Source: Octopus vulgaris
Lineage: Eukaryota
Direction of reading: 5' to 3'
Assembly (NCBI GenBank): GCA_951406725.2
Contig: OX597827.1
Location: forward strand, 53,382,001 to 53,446,000
DNA: 64,000 bases
Shown here: positions 51,640-64,000 of the stretch, in pieces
Position numbering within the stretch: the first letter of the stretch is position 1
Layout: every line of letters starts with the position of its first letter
Notes under the pieces: model-generated
The model's input: only the letters and a program-made list of their open reading frames with translations
Told to the model about the DNA's origin: nothing
Database searches by the model: none
Made by a program: the position numbers and the translations under genes

Positions 51640-52500
51640 CAAGGTGTAGTACCCATGACCTTTGGATGCGCTCCGATACCAGTAAAACTGATGTCGTTAA
51701 TGTTCTGTTTGAGCTGTTATAAGTCAACACTTGGAAGAGAGGCGTGCTCGAACAAGAGATTCGAGAGGGAAAATGTTCTAAAGAGCGAGACCTAGTAGGT
51801 TAGGCACAGCAAGGGTGACAAGAGAGTGCATGAGAGGGGAAGCACATGACCAGCCAGCTCCGAGGAACAATAGCCACTATAGCTGAAGTAGAAAAAGTAC
51901 TAAGAAAGGAGACTGCATATCTGTGGTCCAGAGGCTGGAGAGTGTCTATAATGATTTAATGCCAGTCAGTCGAATAGCCCTTCTCTGTATGATGTCTATG
52001 TGCGAAACAACAGCACCGTTTCAGATCTAAGAGAAATACTCCACTTGAACTTCGTGACCGTGGGGACTCCAACTGAGTACAGCTGATGTTTAGAATGTAC
52101 GTGTTTGAATCTCGTGTTAAAAGAAGTGGGATTCTCTCGAGATAGTCGTTCGTGAAGGTTTGATATATGGTTTCTAGCGTGAGGATGATATGTATTTGGG
52201 AAAGGTTATGGAACACCGAAGGAGCATATCATCTGCATAAAAATGGGAGTTGTTGATGTGACAGAATGTAGATCATTGACGTATAGAAGGAAGAGAGTGG
52301 GGAACAAAATCGAATGTTAGGATATAGCAAATTTGATAGTGGAAAGAAGAGTTCCGTCAGCACATATTGCAATGGTAATGATAGGAAGTAACCAATTCAT
52401 GAATGACCGGAATCCATTGACAGAAAGTTTCGATTGAAGATTCACATATCAGATATAATCGAAAGCTTTGCTGATATCAAAGGCGATGGCAGTTTTCATT
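51640..52500 (-). mobile_element. CR1/L2/Jockey-like LINE RT remnant
   Basis: Minus strand SILFPTLFLLYVNDL at about 52270-52315. Confidence 0.55.
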
Positions 52501-53666
52501 CATTTCTATTCATTATAAAGTCGCAAACAGCAAACAATTACGAACTCACGATTATGTTTTGTAGCCTGGTTTTAGGGTATTCCATTGAAAAGTTTATTAA
52601 ATCTTATGATAGTAACCAGAGATTCAGACCACCTCTAATAGAATATTTTAATACACAGTTAGTAAACTATGGAAACATGTTCATGGAGATCGGGAATATT
52701 TCCCTAATACTGGCAATGTTTTAGTCGTCCTGTATTCATATTTAACATGGATCGACACATTTGTATATCCACGTCGAGTTATTAAAAAACAAGTTGTTTA
52801 AGGTATTTTCTCGTTTTAGAGTACCATCCACTTTAGTATCAAACAGAAAACCTGAATTTGTTGCACCAAAAGAATGTTATCAACAGACTGATAGAGATAC
52901 CCACTTATAGACTCGTATCTAATAGATTGCACTTAAAAGGCTATATAAACTATAAAAACACTTTACCATTTTGATTCTAAGCAAGGCATTTTTTCAACTG
53001 CATAAATAAATCGTATTTAATCATTGAGGTGCCTCGGGTGACTATAAGTTATCAGTTACAAAATTAATGAATAAACAATTAATTCTTTGAAGAAGGCAAA
53101 AATGTATAAGGCAGCGTTGGATGAAGTTACGCATAAAGCAAGATAAGGAGTACATGTCAGAAAAATACCGTATGAGTTAACAACGTTAACCATTCTTTCG
53201 GAATTGATGGCAGTTGAGAATCTACTACTTTTAGAAAACCTAGTGCAAGGGTTAATACTGATTCTGCAAATACGCATAATGGTGATGATTTTGGTCTTTG
53301 ACAAGTAGTTATTTCAAATCTGCAAAGCAAAATGACAGAATTACAGGATAACGTGAAATCCTTGATTTTAGTCCTTGAGAATCATCTGTATGAAGTCCAC
53401 GGAGCGATGTGCTAAATTTGCAAGGAGCGTAAAAAGCCTAAACGTTTTGAGGATGAAAACACGGTAGTTTTGTTAAGTAACAATTTTCCTGTTTTTTTTA
53501 AAAAAAATATTAATTAATTACCTTTTTAGTATTGTCACACATGCAAGATTCATTGCCTGCGGAGCAAACGTCTTGGCGCAATCGACGATTACAAAACACA
53601 GAACTGTCAGAATATTACACAGGGTGAACTCTCCGTCTTTTAGCTGCCGAAACAAAACTTCTTATA

Positions 53667-54579
53667 TGAAGTGGTATCAAAAAATTCCTGGACTAGATAT
53701 GTTTAATAAAAAAACAATTTAGCTACCTAAGTTTTAACATCATTTCCTTCGAAATAGTCACCTTGCGCAGCAATACACCCGCCTCAGCGTTCCTGCTACT
53801 TTGGAGATCCGGCCTAGAAGTCGTTTTCCGTAAGCGAGTCGAGTATCTTCTGCGATTCGCTCTGGATTTCGGTAATGGTGTTAAAACGGTGATCTTTGAG
53901 CTACATTTTTATCTTGGGGGAGAGATGGAAGTCCACAGGTGCAAAATATGGCGAATAGGGCAGGTACAGAAGCGATACCATGTTGTTTTTGGCGAGAAAC
54001 TCGTGAGTGAGGGGTGCTCGGGGACAGGGTGCATTGTCGTCGTAAAGAATCCAGTTCTTCGCGCTCCGGTCTCTTTCACCGAATGTCCTCCCTCAAACGC
54101 TTCAAAACGTCGCAGTAGAAGTCTCGATTGACTGTCTGGTCCTGGGGGACGAATTCTAGATGTACAATACCTCATTTCCGGAGGTGATGCTCGTGGAGGG
54201 TCTTCCAGATTGTTCATCGTCTTTCAGGGACGTTCTTCCACATTTGAAACACCCGTGCCACTTGAAATATTGTGTACGACCCATTGCTGCATCGCTGTAA
54301 GCTTGCTGAAGCATGCTCGATGTCTCTGTAGCAGATATACGCAAGTTTAACGCAACATTTCCCGTTGGCTCTTTGTTCCTGCCCACAACGAAATAGCAGA
54401 CTACAGCATGCACGTGATTACAAAACACAAATTTCACTACTTGCGAAGCAAACACAGCGATGTCATTCGGCACATTGCCTAATGAAGATCACTGCTAGCC
54501 CTTACTGTGCACGCAACCTTGTGCTGCTATCTGTTGGTGTGTTACAGATCTAGCCCGGAAACCTTTTGACACCACCTCG
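53667..54579 (-). mobile_element. Mariner transposon, internally deleted
   Basis: TIRs TGAAGTGGTATCAAAAAATTCCTGGACTAG / CTAGCCCGGAAACCTTTTGACACCACCTCG with TA flanks; SATETSSMLQQAY...DDEQSGRPSTS. Confidence 0.85.
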
Positions 54580-57500
54580 TAAAACAGGAAAACATATGCT
54601 AAATTATAAAAATCGACTACAAAGCAATTCATGGAGATACTTATTCTTGTTTCTGTTTCTACATCGAAAATATGCACAGTCAAAGATATCCGTTGTTGAG
54701 TATGTGCCCACCATCCCCCCCCCCCACACATACGTTGTTTCAAAAGTGCGTAAACTAAAAACTCAGCGAAGGCGATGTCTGAGCTACCGTTAGAATAATT
54801 GCTTTGGATCTGTGCTTTATACCGGCGAGGAAGTATTGATTATCATCTGGTTCAATCATTCCGATCCATATGCAGACACCAGCCCTAGTCTTCCGTATGT
54901 GACTTCCAATGAGACATTAAATCTGTGATGCAATCTTTATTCGTAAATAGTAGCGTAGGAGCTTACAGTCTCTGACCTGCTTACATTAAAAACTTGGTGT
55001 CATTCTATAATGCAAAAGCCAATGAGCATCTGCTAAGGCTGATTATGGAGCTTACCAACAGAACTATTAATGAGTCTCATCCACCAAGCTCGCAAAATCT
55101 TTCCGGTCAAATTGACTACGCTGGGGAAGAAGGTTGGTGTCATATACCCCTTAGTTCTTGGCAATATATCCAGGAGGCTCGTAGTGGAAGCAATCACTAA
55201 GTCAACTGGAAAAACAAATTATCTGTGTGCTACACAGTATTGATGTCGCAAGCATTTGTGAGGACGAAGTCCGCACAGCGAGATAATTCATTGAAGAATC
55301 CACACAAGTCTATAGGAAAAGCCTCTCGACGTTTCATAATGAAAGCTGACCGGAGGAATATATTTAACTGCATACAAGACCACATGATGTAAGTCTGCTT
55401 TTCTGAGACTTGTGCGTCTACCTATTGGTCTATTTCTCTTATGGGTCTCCAGTCATTCTTCATTGGTGTGTAACAGAAGGAACCATCAAGTTTTCTTCTC
55501 TTTTCGCTTGGTGTTTAAGACAGTATCTTTTAATCTAGTATCTTTTAATTTGTAGTACTCAGATGATGCGACATTAGGTGGGCATACCGAAATTAACCGT
55601 TACTCAAATTTGTTGAGAACCGAACTTGAGGTCAAAGTGTTCAAGTCTGATGCCACGTCTGCCAACTATATTACAGACAGTTTCGACGCTGCCATCAGAT
55701 ACATGCGATTGATATTTCATCAAGTGCAGGTGACTTCGAAATAATAAATCCTCAATTTTGTTTCACTGGTCGTTTTCTCCGCAGTTCTATCGGTTGCTGA
55801 ATTCAAACTACAGGAACTCGAAATTAGGCTGCGTTTTACTGATGCACATCCTTCTTCCTCTTAATGAACTGCTTTGCCAAGTGCAAACTGCTGAATAATT
55901 TCCAGTACTCTGTATTACAAACAGACAACAGGATTCAAGAACAGAAGATTCTGTCCAACGTAGTGCATATGAGATATATAACGTCCTGTTTAGTGGTGCC
56001 GTATTACAACAAACCACCTACCCCGTTACATAGAGTGGTCGTGAATTTCGATGCTTTGTTATATTAGCATTACCAGAATACTTACCATCACTTGTCATTC
56101 CCTCCACGATGTTCTCCCACTCCTGCAGAGCCGACTACATTTAGATCACACAAAACTGTCTACGTGACCAACAAGAGACTCGACCTTAATCCTGTAAACA
56201 TTTTCTAAGTTCAGCAAAATGGGACGTATTTCTATGCTGTAAAGTCTCAAACAGCCTTGTTAATTCGCTTGACCAGCATCGACTAATGTGTTTCAACTCT
56301 GCTTTCCAGCCTCGTAGCAGTGTATAGCTCAACGCTTCACCATTATCATTTCCTCACCTACAAATACATGTTCGGGCTTTACCGATCTCTGATCACCAAT
56401 CCCCATCGACAATCAATCGTCATTGCTCTTTATGCATTGAGGACAGTATTTCACTTTACTCATGTCTAAAATCATCGTCCTCGGTTATTTCAGAGTTTAC
56501 CATTCTTCTTGGCACTTACACTAATCCTATATTGATACTGCTGGTACCGAAGCCAGATCTTTTACTATCTACAACGATAAATTTAATCCTATACATGTCT
56601 TGATCGGCACAAAAACGCTAAATACTCTTGGTGATTTTCTCGCTTCCATATCCAGCCCCTACCGTACTAAACCTTTCTTCACCTATCGCTTTGTTCAAAC
56701 ACTGCTTTATCGTGACTATGCACTACACTCACTGCAGAACATCTCCAGCTACCAGATTCTAGGACACTTGATGTAGATTTACAGGGAGGATTTCTGCTTT
56801 TTAAACGTTAAACATGCCTGGTAGTATATGTACTTCACTCCTGAACTTTCGGAGACAAGATGACCGAAATATTTCTTAGACATGTACCAATATATCCCAT
56901 GCACATACTTCACCGTAAGTCCGAGATGTGGTGTGCTTGTAGAGATGTGTTGCAGTACAGGAAGAGAACACGGTTTGGGTAAAAAAAATCAACATTCCCT
57001 ACAAACATGAAATTTACTCTGCCAGACCCGAAATCCGAAATATGTCTTCGTCCATTACGCAACCCACATGTTCTACTTCCTTTCAAATCTAGCCGTTCCT
57101 TTTGGTCATTTATTAAAAAGATTTCTACTGATTTTCAGTGTCAACCTATCCTACATCCTCGATCATGATGGCTCAGTACAAAGTTTTCTAGTAAAGAAAG
57201 CTCCATTTGCAGCACGCTTTGCATATACAGTCGGTAAAACTCTTTCAGAAGTCGTCCTGTCTATTCAATCATCTTCATAACTTCGTACACATACACATCA
57301 AGCATAAAAGCATTTCTGACCATTTTAAACCAACATTGTCACTTCTAATAACCTAAGACAATGTACCCTAATGATAGTTACGACACTCGCAAACTCTTCA
57401 GTCTCTATATAGGGCGATATATCCTGATATTTAAAAATACGCTTCAGTGTGTATTGTTTCTAACTAGGATCTATCACATCCACTTCCAGCATCTTAAAGG

Positions 57501-57799
57501 TAACAAAGACAGTTATTATCAGTCACCTTCTTCAACACCGCGAATCCCTCCTCCTCTTTCTTCAATAACACTGGTCTACAACGATTTTGGTGTTTAGGAA
57601 ATAGACATTATTCCTATACAAAATCGGTCTCCTGAATCCTAATATAACCTTTTTGACCTATCAGATCCAGTTTTTAAGTTATTGAACATCCCTATAGTCA
57701 CTATGTATGTGTGTACGTCCAGTACGCAATATTCATTACCTTATTCTAATTCTATGTGTTTTTTTTCTTTTTCCATACTTTTTAGATGTTGCGGTGAAC

Positions 57800-59476
57800 T
57801 AAACAATAGAAAATGAACAAGATGTCCTCTTCAAGAAAATGCTGAGTTAATTCTCCAAATGTGTTTTGTTATGTTTGTGGAGAATATACATTACTTGAAA
57901 ATCGGAAAAAAATCACTGATTTTGTTGAAAGAGTGTATATAGAATATTTTGGGGGTCGAGCTGGGAGACCAAAAATAAATATTGGGTATCGCATAATGTC
58001 TGCAAGCAATGTAAAGAACATGGACGAAAGGGACAAGGAAAAGTGTGAGATTTACTATACCAACAATATGGCGGGAGCCCTATAATCACGTAGACGACTG
58101 CTATTTTTGTAATCTAAATTTGAAGGGTATTAACCGGAAAAATCGGCAAGCACTTGTCTATCCTAATCTTGCCTTGTTATTAGACCGGTTCCACACGGCG
58201 AAGAGCTTCCTGTTCCTGTCTTCAATGTCTTGCCTCAGATAACTTTACCCTCAAACAAAGAAGATTCATCACCTGAAGAAGACACTAGAGATCAAGACTT
58301 TTCAGATGAGACTTTACCTCAGCTATTCTCCCAGGTAGAGTTGAACGATCTAGTTCGTGGCATGAACCTCCCGAAAAATTCTGCAGAATTGTTTGCTTCT
58401 CGACTGAAAGAGAAGAATCTTCTAGAGAATGGTGTCTATAAAACATTTTATCGGAGTCGGCATGAAGAGTTCCTTTCTTTTTTCACAAAAGAGGAAGAGC
58501 TGGTTTACTGCAGAGATGTCAGTGGGCTTCTTAATAAACTTGGCATTGAGGAATACAAATCAGAGGAATGGTGTCTTTTCAAAGACAGCTCTAAGCGTAG
58601 TGTAAAATGTGTATTGTTGCACAACGGAAACGCATATGGCTCTGTCCCACTCGGCCACTCAACAACTCTGAAGGAAAAATATGAAGAAATTCAGTTGGTT
58701 TTAGAGAAGATACTGTACCATGACTATAAATGGGTCATCTGCGTTGACTTAAAGATGGTGAATTTTCTCATGGGACAGTAATATGGTTATACCAAATACC
58801 CATGCTTTCTTTGTATGTGGGACAGTAGAGACCAAGGAAACCACTATGTTAAGAAAGACTAGCCGCATCGAACAAATATGGCTCTATGTAGAGCTGCCAA
58901 TATATTGGAAGAATCGTTAGTTGAGCGAGAAAAGATCATTTTCTCCACTTTGCACATCAAACTCGAATTGATCAAGCAATTCATCAAAGCTCTTGACAAA
59001 ACTGGGGAGTGCTTCAAGTATATATGCAGTGTCTATCCAGACTTGTCGATTAAAAAAAGTAAAGTAGGGATTATTGATGGACCACAGATCCGTAAGCTCT
59101 CGAAGGACACAAATTTCGGGAAAGTAATGAGCGAAAATGAAACATCGGATGTAGTGCAAAATTCCCTTCAGAAACACAAAGTGAAAACTATAAAGACCAT
59201 GTTACCAACTTGATATCAGCTTTTCGTGATACTGGCGCGAATATGAGCATCAAAATGCATTACCTTTTTAGTCATCTTCATTGTTTTCCTGAAAATCTCG
59301 GAGATGTTAGTGATGAACAAGGCGAACGATTCCATCAGGACATCAAGGAGATGGAAACTCGGTACCAAGGACGTTGGGACGCTGTGATGATGGAATACTA
59401 TTGCTGGTGTTTAAATCGAGATGCTCCTGTTGCTAAACATTCACGGTGCACAAAGAAGCACAAATTTATTCCTTGA
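57800..59476 (+). pseudogene. Chapaev3-like (CMC) DNA transposase pseudogene
   Basis: FCYVCGEY, WREPYNHVDDCYFC, DSSKRSVKCVLLHNGN, ICVDLKMVNFL, HIKLELIKQFIKAL, MSIKMHYLFSHL, SDEQGERFHQDI, RYQGRW; frameshifted. The family name is from recall. Confidence 0.7.
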
Positions 59477-59577
59477 ATTTTCTGCCAAAAATCTTAACCA
59501 ATATGCATTTTAGATTTTGCATTTTCATTTGTACTTCTTTTTCTTTTGTGTTACGCTCTCTTTATTGATTCATACTA

Positions 59578-60811
59578 TTAGGTTGTCAAGAAAATTCTTG
59601 CTGTTTTTAACCTTTCAATTCAGATGCGCCATCATAATCAACACACTTTTGCCAACGCGAAACAATTTTATATATACCAGTAGCGTAAAAATACTGCATT
59701 CTGGTGGCGATGAAGTCGTTGAAGGCGTGTTTGGCATCGTCTTGGGTTTTGAAGCATTTCTCACGCAGGAAGTTATCGAGATGCTTGAAAAAGCGGTAAT
59801 CGGTTGGTGAGAGGTCTGGTAAGTATGGCGGATGAGGCAGGGCTTCGTTCAACTTCTGCAGGGTCAGTTGTGCGACATGCGGCCGAGCGTTGTTGTGGAG
59901 AAGAATTGGTCATTTTCTGTTGAACAATGCTGACTGTTGTTGTCGGAGTTTCTTATGCATTTCATCCATTTGCTGACAGTACTTCTCTGCCGTAATGGTT
60001 TTGCCTGGATCCAAAAAGCTGTGATGGATGAGACTGGCCGCAGACCACCAAACAGTCACCATGATCTTCTTTTGGTGCAACTTTGGCTTCGGGAAGTGCT
60101 GTGGAGCAAAACAACTGAGCTGAGCGTCGCCGGTTGTTGTAAAGAATCTACTTCTCATCACAAGTCACAATCCAGTCGAAAAACGGGTCGTTCTTGTTGC
60201 GTAAAAGAAGGGAAGACGACACTTCAAAACGGCGTTTTTTTTTTTTTTGGTTGTCGTTCAATTCGCGCGGCAACCATTTCTGAAGTATTTTTGTTTATCC
60301 AATCTCTTCCAAGTGGTTGGAAATTGTCGTAAACGTTACGTCTAATTCAGAAGCAAGGTCTCGAACAGTTGTGCTTGGACTGACTTCGACTAAGGCTCTT
60401 AGTTGATCGTTGTCAACATCCGATGGCCGACCACTACGCTTCAAGACTATCATCTTGAAGACTCTCGTCACCGCTACGAAATTTCTTGAACCACCATTGT
60501 GCTGTACGTTCATCGGTGGTTCCTGGGCTAAACGCATCGTTGATATCGCGAGCTGTTTCAGCAGCTTTTCGGCCTAGCTTGAACTGGAATAAGAAAATTG
60601 TGCGAATTTGCTTTTAGTCCATGTTGTATTCAACGTTCCTGAAAAAATGGCCTAATAATTCAAAAAGGAAAAAAGTAACACGGTTAGATAGAGCGAAAAA
60701 CGAACTTTAAAATGATATATAAAGTCAGAGTAATTTAACGAAAATTAATTTGAAAATACATCATTTAAAACCAAAATTTAAAATTCAGCAAGAACTTTCT
60801 TGACAACCTAT
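59578..60811 (-). mobile_element. Mariner transposon, defective, inserted just downstream of the Chapaev3-like transposase
   Basis: TIRs TTAGGTTGTCAAGAAAATTCTTGCTG / CAGCAAGAACTTTCTTGACAACCTA; HQKKIMVTVWW and HPPYLPDLSPTDYRFF. Confidence 0.9.
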
Positions 60812-61646
60812 AATGAGCCTTTTGTATGAATAAAATACTCTATTAGGTCTAGTCAGAAAACTAGACCTGATAGAGAAAAACTGAAGTCATTTTTGATTTT
60901 AGCAATCAAAGTCACTTATGAATTCATTGAAATATTCCAGGCACCAGACAAAAATTTTTTGTTGTTGTCCAGTGTAATCATCAGGATGGTAGTTATTAAA
61001 ACTGGAATTTTCTCTCCTATATCACTCACCAGGAGGAGAGTCACCCTTAAAAAAACTTGGTGAAAGGTGTTGTTGCATTTGAAATCAGCACAGTATTGGA
61101 CAATATCTGGGATGCAACTGTCCAAATAAAACTCTTTGGAATGCATTTGCTTCTGGTCTCTTCGATCGGACGCCAATGACAGATCACACTAACACATCAT
61201 ATATACTAAATGAGCTCTCTCCGGCCTACACTTAGTCGAATCTGGTGTATCCTAAGCTTCCTCTTCCCCCTATAAATCAACTATTTGCTGTCGCTTCTAA
61301 CAGCAACTTCTATTCTGGTGATACTAACCTTATCTAAATACTTCACGCCAAACCTGTATTTTCTCAGTGAAGAGAAACATCGAAAACTTGCGACAATGGT
61401 GTCACATCAACCTTATATCCAGGACTACACGAATCACCAAAATAATCTGGTACGCTCCCATCAAGTCATGGACAATATATAATAAAATCCTTCGAAGTCA
61501 CTACAAATGCCAGGCCTCAAAGTTATTGATGATTTCTGTGGGCAATCTCACATCTGAGACATAGGAAAGTCTACATGTAAAGCTTGACCTTCCACATTCG
61601 AGTCAATGGATATCTAATATTTAATGTAAAACACAATGGAATAAAG

Positions 61647-62075
61647 GGATCTTTTCGGTTTGAACGGCATTTTTTTTTCTAGCGTTGTCATATGAAATTG
61701 TCACTCATAATTATGACCCTAGTATCGATCTATTGAATTTCAATCTGTTTTAGTGTTAGTGTTAGTTAGGGTTAGGGGTGGGGGGAAGGGTATCTTTTTT
61801 TCTTCACAAATGTAAATAGACCCAATCTGTTTCTTAAACGAGGGACATATTCATACGGCACAGAATGTTTTTTACCTCAATGGACGTCACTGATTGATTG
61901 AAATTGCAGAAATTGAAGAAAAAAAAACAACAAATATCTTACAAACTATAGAATTTTCTCAATAAAGCCAAGAGAAAAAGATGTTTTATAAACACATTCT
62001 ACCAGTATACGAAGTTTAAAATTTTTAGTTACTTAGAAATTATGTTAAAAACTGCCGCTCAAACCAAAAAGATCC
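61647..62075. mobile_element. MITE with GG-terminal TIRs and 8-bp TSD (Merlin- or hAT-type)
   Basis: GAATAAAG|GGATCTTTTCGGTTTGAACGGCA...TGCCGCTCAAACCAAAAAGATCC|GAATAAAG. Confidence 0.85.
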
Positions 62076-64000
62076 GAATAAAGTTTCCATATCTGGGACG
62101 GTCCTGCTGCTTTATACATAAAAATCTACCCGACTCTGCCGCAGAGAGTCACTCATCAAACTCTCCAAACGCAAGACTAGAGACGTGCTGTCTCCCTACC
62201 CTGCCTTTACTAATGCCACTATAATAATCCTCTACATCTCACAGGTGACTGACCTCATTCTACAACTACCCAAGCCAATCTGATTCACTTCTCTCTCTTT
62301 CTCTCACCTAAGCACCGCACTAACCACTATTTCTAATTTTATGTATCCAGAATGTCAACTCTGAATGTTTTTTACTGTTCATGTTTTCCTGCAGTTCAAA
62401 AGGGACATCAACCCTACCTGTTTCCGTATCAATCGGAGGGCCTATGAAGGCGTTCCCTTCTTCCAAATCAAACCATATTTTAAAAACTATTAGTCATTAC
62501 TTAAGCATTATATCTGGAAATTATATTTAGTTAACGGAAGAGCTTTGGTTTTAATCAATCTTTTCGACTTGCCATCCCAATACTTACTCCACGTTCATGT
62601 GGAAATACAGAATGTTTTCTTAAAAACAGTGAAAAATCCTTTGTGTCAGAAACCATTCTTTCCAAGAGCATTTTAACCGTCAGTATTGGGAAATTATTTA
62701 AGAAAGGAAATATCAGAATGAATTAGCTAAGAAATCGAAGTTAGAACCATCATCCTTCTAGTAACTGTTTAAACACCGAACAAATTTAATGTTTAAATGC
62801 TATAGAAATTATTCCAGTTCAAGTTTTCCTCAAGTAAGCACTAGATGCTAATTATCTTGATATTTTAGTTAGATCAGACAGTAAGCCCACACATGTAGGC
62901 GGTATTTTGAAAATTATTATGCCTACGTTTCTATACTATTCACTTCAGCTTACTATTTGCATAACTCTTATTTCTCTATAAAATTTACTGCTTTTAAATA
63001 TAAAAGAATAATATAATAAAGTTAAACAATATAAAAAATAGGCTTGACTTCTTTCGTATATTACTAAAATAAAAAAAGAAGAAGAATAGACGACCGAGAA
63101 AAGGGAATGGTCCATGATGAGATTCCCAGGTTAGAAAGTGGAGGTGTATTCATTAAATAAAACTAGTCGTTTGCATTTTATGAGAAAATTTGTCTGTAAG
63201 AAAAGCTCTTGTCGTTTTCTCTCACTCATTCATTTTACATTCGTTTAGAAACAACAGCAAATGGTTTAGTTGATTCTCACGCACTGCATGTTTCTTTCTC
63301 TTACATTATGGGACCGAGCCTGGCTAATTCACTGAAATTCAGTTGACGAGAAAAAGCAGAAACACTACATTGGTTGGCTATTTTGTACATTAATCTCGGA
63401 TTGAAAATATATATTTAAAGTGCTACAAACGTCAGAAAACATCAGAGAAAAATAAATAACCGATTGAATTTGAACCCACACCTCTTGCTTGGAACCATGA
63501 TGTTTAATTTTTTTCACTCAAATAAGTTCGACTTATCAGAACAGTACAAAGTAGTAGCACAGTAATCACATCAAGCCATGAACCATAAAGTCATATAAAA
63601 TCATGGAGCTGACGATTTATACAACCAACACTAAACAACCATAATGCTTTTTTCATGGACATGTGATCAGAAGAAAACATATATCTGATTTCGGAAGTTG
63701 CAGTGATGAAACAATACACATTGTGACACATACTGCACGTTGCACCACCCTAAACAAAAGATGACAACTGAAAATAATAAATTCTGGAAGTTACGCCCGT
63801 CTTTGGGTGTTGTGAATAGTGTTGAAATGTAATACGGTATAATTCACATGGCGCGGCATAATTCATACACACCGAGGAACAGACAACAGACATACACACG
63901 CGCACGCGCGCACACACCCACACATACGCATATAATTAAAGAGGGCTTTATATTAATAACATTAAAAAATGAATAACATTCAAATTACAAAGAACTCAAT

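Noticed and set aside
54860-57600. Possible LINE remnants (YSDDATLGG at about 55556)
   Set aside because: Too degraded to delimit or classify by eye.

Overview
AT-rich, repeat-dense animal genomic DNA. The SINE families suggest an octopus/coleoid cephalopod (inference). Most of the window is microsatellites, tRNA-derived SINEs and decayed transposons: Helitrons, mariners, Chapaev3-like, R4/Dong, RTE, Tx1 and CR1-like LINEs. Most ORF-track entries are microsatellite artefacts. Two young elements stand out, both inserted in (TA)n tracts. (1) 11185-13163 is an array of ~495-bp near-identical monomers (about 2.85 direct copies plus one inverted copy). Each monomer carries a complete type I hammerhead ribozyme with a long G·U-rich stem II, i.e. 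a retrozyme-like RNA. (2) 32031-37999 is a near-intact Penelope-like retroelement with 1256-bp pseudo-LTRs. It has an extra 466-aa ORF1 that overlaps the RT/GIY-YIG ORF across a T TTT TTA -1 slippery heptamer, a CCAAT/CRE/TATA promoter array, and a U3:A8-variant minimal hammerhead in each pLTR. Further variant hammerheads and fold-back insertions occur elsewhere. Two phase-compatible candidate exons of an unidentified minus-strand host gene lie at 49779-49929 and 46522-46638.
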